Both the position numbers and the translations under genes were made by a program. 10,619 nucleotides of DNA from Candidatus Wukongarchaeum yapensis. GTDB taxonomy: Archaea > Asgardarchaeota > Wukongarchaeia > Wukongarchaeales > Wukongarchaeaceae. The stretch covers positions 1 through 10,619 of the forward strand of contig JAEOSI010000059.1 in the NCBI GenBank assembly GCA_016840425.1. Reading direction: 5' to 3'. A model generated the notes under the pieces. That model did not search any database, was not told the DNA's origin, and saw only the letters and a program-made list of their open reading frames with translations. Each line of letters starts with the position of its first letter. The stretch's first letter is position 1. Positions 1-6,050 of this stretch are shown here, piece by piece.

Positions 1-294
1 AGTCTATCCGCTATAGAAATCGTGTCCGCTATAATGATGGATGCTGTCCTTAAAATTGTTCATAGAAAAAATGGAGAATGGATTCGTGGAAAACCTTCAA
101 ACGTATATACTTTCGATCTAGCGGGGAATTTCAGTCAAAATACGCATAAAAAAGATGAAGAATGCATTCTATGTAATAAATTAGTAAAAGAGTATTTGAA
201 ATTAGGACCTTCAAGAAGCTTATTTCCATTCTTTGTGAAACAGGGAAGCTTTGGCTTTAAAAGTCCTTACATCCCTAAAAACCAGGACCTTTAA
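1..294 (+). CDS. C-terminal part (5'-truncated) of a probable ThiF/MoeB/E1-like activating enzyme
   Basis: Frame 1 is open from base 1. SAIEIVSAIMMDAVLKIVH resembles the ThiF C-terminal helix, and ...YTFDL...KKDEECILC resembles the terminal R/K-x-x-x-CxxC zinc motif. The nucleotide-binding GxGxxG region is outside the window. The last ~25 codons are read through repeat A. Confidence 0.5.
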   Translation, partial: SLSAIEIVSAIMMDAVLKIVHRKNGEWIRGKPSNVYTFDLAGNFSQNTHKKDEECILCNKLVKEYLKLGPSRSLFPFFVKQGSFGFKSPYIPKNQDL

Positions 295-298
295 GAAA
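221..298 (+). repeat. Direct repeat A, copy 1 (78 bp)
   Basis: Ungapped match to 1776-1853 with 7 mismatches (71/78). Contains the inverted repeat TTAAAAGTCC...GGACCTTTAA with one mismatch. Confidence 0.95.
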
Positions 299-380
299 GG
301 TTTTTTCAGATTTTTTCAATGAAGACCTAAAAGCAACCTAGTTTTGCAATGGATTTAATTTAAGTATAACCCTAGTATTT

Positions 381-487
381 TCATCTTTTCCCCTTGATAT
401 CTCCAACAACTATTTGAAGAGTTTCTCTTTCAATTTCAGGTCGAATAAAGTGGCACAGATTTGGAGGAGTAAGAATCCTCGCCCCAC
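381..487 (-). pseudogene. Frameshifted, truncated copy of the small gene at 1103-1273
   Basis: GGAGGT RBS (498-493) lies 5 nt before GTG (487). After a 1-nt deletion near codon 3 the frame reads RILTPPNLCHFIRPEIERETLQIVVGDIKGKR*, aligning with KVFIPLNVCQFIQYEGDIEVLQIVVGDIRQEE. 397-467 vs 1182-1252 is 57/71 nt identical without gaps. Confidence 0.7.
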
Positions 488-879
488 CTTTTACCTCCTG
501 AAGCGCTACATACATCAGTAACTTTAATTTTTATGACGCCAGCGCACTCCAGATCCCATTTTTTAAGCTCATCTGTATATCTATCAAATAACGGGCCAGA
601 AGTTACATATTCCTCAAAGGTTCCATGAACTCTACAAGCAGTCATAGGCGGCTTATAAACGATTATACACGCATTCTTAGTTGTTTCAAGGTTCTTTTTT
701 GTGGTTGAAGCCCAGATAATTCCGAAAGCAAGAGTTTCTTCATCTATCGCCATAAGAGGTCCCAAAATTATCGCGTGAGGTACCCCTTTATCGTCGGCTG
801 TGGCCAAAACTTTAACAACCTCCTTTTGTGTTTCTCCAGGCTTCAATAAATCCATAATTTCTTTCGGTATATACACCAA
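436..879 (-). CDS. Pyridoxamine 5'-phosphate oxidase-like FMN-binding split-barrel protein
   Basis: VLATADDKGVPH and TTKKNLE motifs and ~140 aa length fit the family. GGAGG RBS precedes TTG/GTG start. The C-terminal ~17 codons overlap the pseudogene at 381-487. Confidence 0.8.
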   Translation of the reverse strand: MVYIPKEIMDLLKPGETQKEVVKVLATADDKGVPHAIILGPLMAIDEETLAFGIIWASTTKKNLETTKNACIIVYKPPMTACRVHGTFEEYVTSGPLFDRYTDELKKWDLECAGVIKIKVTDVCSASGGKRWGEDSYSSKSVPLYST

Positions 880-978
880 AATTTTTAATCCTCCTTAAAA
901 ATAATCCAAAAACAGGACAACCCTGCCATTAAGCATATAGCTCAAGAACCTGTTTTATTAGAGTATAAAAAACTGGGA

Positions 979-992
979 TATTTAAGGGTTTC
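979..992 (-). promoter_or_regulatory. BRE/TATA promoter of the PNPOx-like gene
   Basis: Minus strand reads GAAACCC-TTAAATA, a purine-rich BRE-like element followed by an archaeal TATA box, 100 nt upstream of the start codon. Confidence 0.55.
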
Positions 993-1102
993 TAGCTATC
1001 ATATCCCCCCTTCGGATGGAGTCTTCTTGCTCACATAGATAAAAAAATAATCATGATCACATCCTCAAAAACTATCTATTAAGTAAAAGCAGTTTTAAGC
1101 GT

Positions 1103-1273
1103 CTAAAACGGTTTTTCACAACTTTCTCTCGAGGGGCATTGGTCACACGAAAACTTATCCTTTTCAATCTCTTCTTGTCTAATATCCCCAACAACTATTT
1201 GAAGAACTTCTATATCGCCTTCATATTGAATAAACTGGCACACATTTAGAGGGATAAAAACTTTCCTCCCCAC
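1103..1273 (-). CDS. Small hypothetical protein (~56 aa) with C-terminal C-x2-C-x5-C motif
   Basis: GTG start with GAGGGG upstream (in-frame ATG at 1285 is an alternative). Coding status is supported by conservative amino-acid similarity with the copy at 381-487. CDQCPSRESC is a possible metal or Fe-S motif. Confidence 0.5.
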   Translation of the reverse strand: MGRKVFIPLNVCQFIQYEGDIEVLQIVVGDIRQEEIEKDKFSCDQCPSRESCEKPF

Positions 1274-1507
1274 TTTTCCCCTCATAAAGCTTAAACTCCC
1301 CTTTTTCCTTTACATTTTTTTAAAAAATTTGGAACGAAAATCTACTACAATATATCTCTAAACCTGATTTTTATAATAATGCGGTTTCTCATCCTTAGAA
1401 TTCTCTCTGCAAGCTATCGAAAACTGTAACCACGCAGACTCCATCACACTCCTCCCGTCACTTTTCCAAAAAACACCTTGAACCTCCTCCTCACCAACCT
1501 CCTTCAA
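1274..1507 (-). pseudogene. Possible decayed ORF upstream of the small Cys-motif gene
   Basis: Purine-rich minus strand with RBS-like AAGGAG/GGAGG before TTG 1507 and ATG 1444. Reads ...MESAWLQFSIACRENSKDEKPHYYKNQV*RYIVVDFRSKFFKK with an internal TAG and an apparent frameshift in an A-run. No family recognised. Confidence 0.25.
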
Positions 1508-1775
1508 AACTCTACTCCTTGTTTTTTTTAAAGTTTTTACACAAACCTAAATTTCAGAGTTGTGAATTCACCCCTTTAGAAACAGTAAAACGGGCAAAAT
1601 CCGCTAAAAGGACAAAAAACTAGAAAATTAAAAATAAACAGAAAAATCACCCCCAAAAAAAGAGGACAAAAACACTCAATAAGTCCTTTCGGACTCATAT
1701 CTGTGGCCAAGTTTTTTTGAAAAGTTAAAAAAATTAAAAACATAAAAATAAATAAGTTTTACAATAGGTTCAGCC

Positions 1776-1853
1776 TATTTCCCTACTTTGTGAAACCGGG
1801 AAGCTTTGACTTTAAAGGTCCCTACATCCCTAAAAACTAGGACCTTTAAGAAA
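1776..1853 (+). repeat. Direct repeat A, copy 2 (78 bp) with perfect 10-bp inverted repeat
   Basis: 71/78 identical to 221-298. TTAAAGGTCC (1812-1821) and GGACCTTTAA (1840-1849) are perfectly complementary. Confidence 0.95.
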
Positions 1854-1890
1854 ATGCCTTCTTAAGGAATTAAAAGGGGGTACTTAACTT

Positions 1891-2907
1891 ATGGGCGAAG
1901 TTTTCGAAAATCATTTTGAAGAGTTAGAAAATTGTTGTTTGTGCGAGTGGAAATGTGGCGTAAACAGGCTTAAAGGGGAAAAAGGTGTTTGCAGGCTCGG
2001 AAAGCCTGAAATTGCTTCTACTCAACTTCATCCTGCTCCTCCTCAAAGTTACACCGTGTTTTTTGTGGGTTGTAATTACAAATGTTTAGGATGCCAAAAT
2101 TATCAGATTGCCCATTTTCCTGACCAAAACCGAGCTTCTCACTGGTTTATGGATCCAAAATTTGCTGCAGAAGATGCGATTATGATGATTAATTCTCCCT
2201 TTGGCAGATCCATAAGGGCTGATAGAATCTTCTTTTCAGGGGGGGAAGCTACCTGTTCTCTACCTTATGCTGAGAAAATTGTAGAAGAAGCAAGAAAGAT
2301 AGATCCTAGAATAAAGGTTAATTTTGATACGAACGGTTTTTTAACCGAGGAATCTTTGGAAAGGGTTTTACGTTTTTCAAACTCGATAACATACGATATT
2401 AAGGCTTATCATGATGATGTTCACAGGGCGTTAACCGGGGCTCCCGTTGGACCTGTTTTAAGGAATGTCGAAGTGATTGGGAAGGAGGCTAAGGATAAAC
2501 TTTGGGAGTTCAGGGTATTAGTAATACCAGGATTAAATGAGGGTGAAATCAAACCAATATGTGATTTTATAGCTAGCATAGATCCTTCTTTACCCTTGAA
2601 TTTTCTTGCTTTTAGGCCAAATTTTGTTCTAGATCGTTATTATGGTGCACCGCGTGATTTGATGAGAAAAGCTGTTAAAATTGGGCGAATGGCAGGCTTG
2701 GAGCATGTTGATTGGTGTGGTAGTTCTGGAATAAAAGGTCTGGATTATGTTATAGAAAAAATAGATGTTTACATGCGAGAAGAGTCTAAAATAGCTGGGG
2801 GTTTTGCATTTTTAGCTGGGTGTAAAACCCATCCTAGAGATTGCGGAAGATGCAAAAACAATCAAAACTGTTCTTTAAAGAAGTATCAGCCGATAAGGAG
2901 AACATAG
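1891..2907 (+). CDS. Radical SAM protein, PflX / glycyl-radical activating enzyme-like, with N- and C-terminal Cys clusters
   Basis: GCNYKCLGCQN is the CxxxCxxC motif; FSGGEAT is the GGE motif; DTNG strand. N-terminal CCLCEWKCGVNR...GVC is PflX-like. C-terminal CKTHPRDCGRCKNNQNC. AGGGGG RBS upstream. Confidence 0.88.
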   Translation: MGEVFENHFEELENCCLCEWKCGVNRLKGEKGVCRLGKPEIASTQLHPAPPQSYTVFFVGCNYKCLGCQNYQIAHFPDQNRASHWFMDPKFAAEDAIMMINSPFGRSIRADRIFFSGGEATCSLPYAEKIVEEARKIDPRIKVNFDTNGFLTEESLERVLRFSNSITYDIKAYHDDVHRALTGAPVGPVLRNVEVIGKEAKDKLWEFRVLVIPGLNEGEIKPICDFIASIDPSLPLNFLAFRPNFVLDRYYGAPRDLMRKAVKIGRMAGLEHVDWCGSSGIKGLDYVIEKIDVYMREESKIAGGFAFLAGCKTHPRDCGRCKNNQNCSLKKYQPIRRT

Positions 2908-2912
2908 CCTGC

Positions 2913-3956
2913 TTAATTGTTGTTTTTTGTTTTTATCCGTTTTTTAAATATTGTGATTATGTCTGTTAGTACGGCGCTTGCTGTTTCTCTACCCCCTGCT
3001 CCCTCGCCAATTATGGTGATTTCTCCTGCTAAGTCGCTTTTAAAAGTGATGGAGTTTAAGGTACTGCTTACTGCGAGGGGAGAGGTTTTTGGAAGCAATT
3101 TCGGTCCTACTTCTAATTTTCCTTCTTTTGCTGATGCAACATGTTTTATCACAAGGTTATTTTCTTCTGCAAGTTCCACGGCCTCTTGAGTTATGTTTCT
3201 TATGCTCTCTATTTTTATCTCATCAAATTTTACAAATCTTTCTTCTGGTCTTCTTAGAATGGTGTTTGTGAGAATTAAGAGTTTGCCCGCTGCATCTATC
3301 CCGTCTATGTCATAGCTTGGATCCCTTTCAGCGTATCCTAGCTCTTGGGCTTCTTTTAGCGCTATTTCAAAAGGTATCTTTTCCGAGACCATTCTTGAAA
3401 GGATAAAGTTTGTTGTTCCGTTTAATATGCCTTCAATACTGATTATTTTGCTACTTTTTAGGTTTTCTCTGGCTAAGGAAAAAACAGGAATGGCACCGCC
3501 TACAGCTCCTTCATAATGAAGAAATCGTTTGTTTTCTTCAGCAAGAGTGATAAGTTCTTGGAAAGCAACAACCAAGGGTCCTTTGTTGGCCGTAACTACG
3601 TCTTTTCCCGATTTTAATGCTTGTCTTATATGTCCTAATCCCGGTTCACCGTCCCCGATATTTGTAGGTGTGAGTTCAACAACAATATCGGCTTCCATTT
3701 CTGGGATTTTGTCATAGGCTTTTACATCTTTGACCCATTGGGGATGTTCCTTATAATCTTTTATTGAGAGGAGGCTTTGTATATCAAGGCCCGTGTTTGT
3801 GTTTGATATAAAGCCCCCATCACTCTTAAAAACAGCGTTAATATGCAAGTTTAACCCGTAAATTTCTTTTAAGAAGCTTTTTTTCTCAATAACTACGTTT
3901 AAAAAGCCTTTTCCTACGGTTCCAAATCCTACTAAAATTATGCGAACGTCAGCCAA
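2913..3956 (-). CDS. hom: Homoserine dehydrogenase
   Basis: VGFGTVG Rossmann motif, VVTANKGP, YEGAVGGAIP, GILNGTTNFIL, EAQELGYAERDPSYDIDGIDAAGK, GEGAGGRETASAV. TTG start with GAGGAG RBS. Confidence 0.96.
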   Translation of the reverse strand: MADVRIILVGFGTVGKGFLNVVIEKKSFLKEIYGLNLHINAVFKSDGGFISNTNTGLDIQSLLSIKDYKEHPQWVKDVKAYDKIPEMEADIVVELTPTNIGDGEPGLGHIRQALKSGKDVVTANKGPLVVAFQELITLAEENKRFLHYEGAVGGAIPVFSLARENLKSSKIISIEGILNGTTNFILSRMVSEKIPFEIALKEAQELGYAERDPSYDIDGIDAAGKLLILTNTILRRPEERFVKFDEIKIESIRNITQEAVELAEENNLVIKHVASAKEGKLEVGPKLLPKTSPLAVSSTLNSITFKSDLAGEITIIGEGAGGRETASAVLTDIITIFKKRIKTKNNN

Positions 3957-3990
3957 CTTTCTTTCTCCTCGGACAGCAAAACAACTATCA

Positions 3991-4485
3991 CTAAGATTTG
4001 ATCAGCATTAGGTTTTTTTCCTCACATATTTTTTCAAGCTCTTCCATAGTGATATCGAGCTTTTTCTGTTCATCTGCTTCAATGAAAAGTTTAACAGTTG
4101 AAGGATCCTCAGGCCTATTTATCATGGCATATACCTCCCTAACCCTCACACCGCAGGCCATTATTCTATCAAGGGTATCCAAGATATTTGTAGCGAAAAC
4201 ATGCCCTATCAGGAGAACTATCTTTTTAAAAATCTCAGCGTCTTTCAAAAACTTAATAACTTTTATTCCTTTATCTTCAAGGGCGGTCTTTATACGGGAG
4301 AGGTTTTTTAGATCTTCAAGTTCAAAAAGGAAAACAACAGGTAAACTGTCCACCTCCTTTCTCTCCCGTTCATGATATATCCCCCTAATATTACCTCCAA
4401 ACCTTGCTATTGGCTCCAAAGCCATCAAAAGTTGCCCAGGCGTATCTTTTAACTCCAACTCTAATCGAATATTATAGGAGCCCAT
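3991..4485 (-). CDS. Double ACT-domain protein, putative allosteric regulator of homoserine dehydrogenase (COG2061-like)
   Basis: LELKDTPGQL...GGNIRGIYHER ACT signature, second ACT-like repeat LIGHVFATNILDTLDRI, 164 aa, 34 bp upstream of hom on the same strand. Confidence 0.88.
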   Translation of the reverse strand: MGSYNIRLELELKDTPGQLLMALEPIARFGGNIRGIYHERERKEVDSLPVVFLFELEDLKNLSRIKTALEDKGIKVIKFLKDAEIFKKIVLLIGHVFATNILDTLDRIMACGVRVREVYAMINRPEDPSTVKLFIEADEQKKLDITMEELEKICEEKNLMLIKS

Positions 4486-4556
4486 AAATTATATTCTCCT
4501 GTAAAATAAGCTCTAGTTTTTTCAATCTTTTAGAAAAAAACATTCTTTTTAACTTT

Positions 4557-4599
4557 GTCGCGAGGATCCCCTTCAAAAAGGGATGAAATGAATCGCGGT
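4557..4599. other. GC-rich imperfect nested hairpin, possibly an IS200/IS605-type end remnant
   Basis: Outer stem CGCGA (4559-4563)/TCGCG (4593-4597); inner stem ATCCC (4566-4570)/GGGAT (4580-4584), embedded in otherwise very AT-rich spacer. No transposase nearby. Confidence 0.35.
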
Positions 4600-4720
4600 G
4601 TTTATAAATTTCAAGGTAAGGATAAGATAAGAAATAAAAAATAAGACTAACTGAGAAGATTAATGGTTATAGACCAATTTGGTAATCTTCCCAGCCACGT
4701 CTTTGATCATTAACTTTTTA

Positions 4721-4933
4721 TTAGCGTTTCCATTGAGCGTATGCTAATTTGACATCTTCTGCTATAACCGTTTTTCTTCCCGCATGTCTTGATAGTTCTA
4801 TTGCCCTCTGGGAAATGTCACGGCCAATGTCTTCTAAAGATTCCCTTAAAGCTTTCGCCGCACCAATTGACACTCTCTCTGCCCCTGCTTTTCTAACTAT
4901 CCTATCAAGGGGAGCTAGTGGTATTTCAGTCAT
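4721..4933 (-). CDS. Archaeal histone (HMfA/HMfB type), downstream copy
   Basis: ELP/IPxAP..RI..KAGAERVS...RHAGRKTV.AEDVKLA histone-fold signature, 70 aa, GAGGTG RBS. Confidence 0.97.
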   Translation of the reverse strand: MTEIPLAPLDRIVRKAGAERVSIGAAKALRESLEDIGRDISQRAIELSRHAGRKTVIAEDVKLAYAQWKR

Positions 4934-4972
4934 TTTAACACCTCAAACTCTTTATCTTATTTACACAATTTA

Positions 4973-5185
4973 TTACCGTTTCCATTGATTGTATGCTAGT
5001 TTGACATCTTCTGCTATAACCGTTTTTCTTCCCGCATGTTTTGATAGTTCTATTGCCCTCTGGGAAATGTCACGGCCAATGTCTTCTAAAGCTTCCCTTA
5101 AAGCTTTCGCCGCACTAATTGACACTCTCTCTGCCCCTGCTCTTCTAACTATCCTATCAAGGGGAGCTAATGGTATTTCAGTCAT
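4973..5185 (-). CDS. Archaeal histone (HMfA/HMfB type), upstream copy
   Basis: Same signature; 65/70 aa identical to the downstream copy; GAGGTG RBS. Confidence 0.97.
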   Translation of the reverse strand: MTEIPLAPLDRIVRRAGAERVSISAAKALREALEDIGRDISQRAIELSKHAGRKTVIAEDVKLAYNQWKR

Positions 5186-5320
5186 TTTAACACCTCAAAC
5201 TCTTTATCTTATTTACACGATTTTTCTTTCACTAATCTCACTAAAAAAGCTTTTCTACTATTTTTTGAAATAGTAAACACCTTAGAGTTATTATTTCTCA
5301 TTAAAAGATAAGTAAAAACC

Positions 5321-5335
5321 TTTTTAAATTTTCCC
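5321..5335 (-). promoter_or_regulatory. Candidate BRE/TATA promoter for the histone pair
   Basis: Minus strand reads GGGAAAA-TTTAAAAA. The region is AT-rich, so other candidates exist. Confidence 0.4.
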
Positions 5336-5634
5336 TATAACCTTTACCTTTTACGCAAAATTATTCTTTTTAAAAAAAGTCACGTATAAATTTAATTTCT
5401 ATTTTCTAACATGAAGGTTACTATATCCAATTATACACCAACTAAAAGTTTAATTATGAAAAATTATTTAATATAACAACTCTTCTAGGGCTTATCTCAA
5501 AGAAATAGGGTTATCACTTTTCTGTATCTTTTCATCATAATAATTTCTTATGAGGGCTGAGGATGAACTTTAATTGGAAACGATTAAAACTGCTTCCAAC
5601 CATATTTTTTCTCATGAATGGAAAAAACAGCATT

Positions 5635-5913
5635 ATGGTAAAAGTTAGGGCTGTAGCGTCTTTGTCAGATATTTTTGGAAATGAAGTTTGTGAGCTCGTA
5701 ATTTCAAGAAGAGCTACTTTAAAAGATGTTTTTGATAGAATTTCTTCTGATAATTCAAGGTTCTCAAAGATTGTTTTTTCTGAAAAAGGGACCGTAAATC
5801 CCACTATAATGGTTCTTTTAAATGGTAAAGAGGTTTCTTCTTTTGATCCGGAAAAAATAAAGATAAAAGAGGGGGAAGAAATAGTTTTCATCCCTTTAAT
5901 TCATGGCGGTTGA
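5635..5913 (+). CDS. Ubiquitin-like MoaD/ThiS/Urm1 (SAMP) family protein
   Basis: 92 aa from ATG 5635 (MVKVRAVASLSDIFG); IMVLLNG; LKEGEEIVFIP-like strand; C-terminal IHGG. Upstream in-frame ATGs (5563, 5614) would add an atypical extension. Confidence 0.9.
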   Translation: MVKVRAVASLSDIFGNEVCELVISRRATLKDVFDRISSDNSRFSKIVFSEKGTVNPTIMVLLNGKEVSSFDPEKIKIKEGEEIVFIPLIHGG

Positions 5914-6050
5914 AGGTTTAAACTTGGTTTTTGTGAAGAAAGGGCTCTATTTTATAACAGTAAGGGAGAGCAAGAGTTTCCATAATCTTATTAAAAGGCG
6001 AAAAACATAATCATAAAAGAAAGACTTAGGAGTAGAAATGGGGTTCTGAA

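Larger units (their letters stand above)
4717..5220. repeat. Head-to-tail tandem duplication, 252-bp unit, of histone gene plus 5' leader
   Basis: CDSs differ at 9/213 nt. 33 nt of leader (4934-4966 vs 5186-5218) are identical and both copies end in TAA TAA. Confidence 0.95.

Noticed and set aside
1103-1285. Cas4/AddB-type nuclease suggested by C-x2-C-x5-C
   Set aside because: The ORF is far too short, and no PD-(D/E)xK or QxxxY motif is visible even in the decayed upstream frames.
203-1853. Repeat A and its 15-bp motif as a CRISPR array
   Set aside because: Only two long copies 1.5 kb apart, no regular repeat-spacer series and no cas genes.
2917-4375. Plus-strand ORFs 2917-3189, 3089-3271, 3529-3717 and 3998-4375
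   Set aside because: Antisense shadows of hom and the ACT gene with Ser/Phe/Ile-rich, non-protein-like composition.
4749-5273. Two similar plus-strand ORFs (4749-4988, 4989-5273)
   Set aside because: Antisense shadows of the duplicated histone genes; their similarity follows from the duplication.
5563-5634. 24-aa N-terminal extension of the ubiquitin-like protein
   Set aside because: Beta-grasp similarity begins at MVKV (5635); the extension looks like AT-rich promoter DNA.
5535-5891. 118-aa minus-strand ORF
   Set aside because: Antisense shadow of the Urm1/SAMP-like gene.
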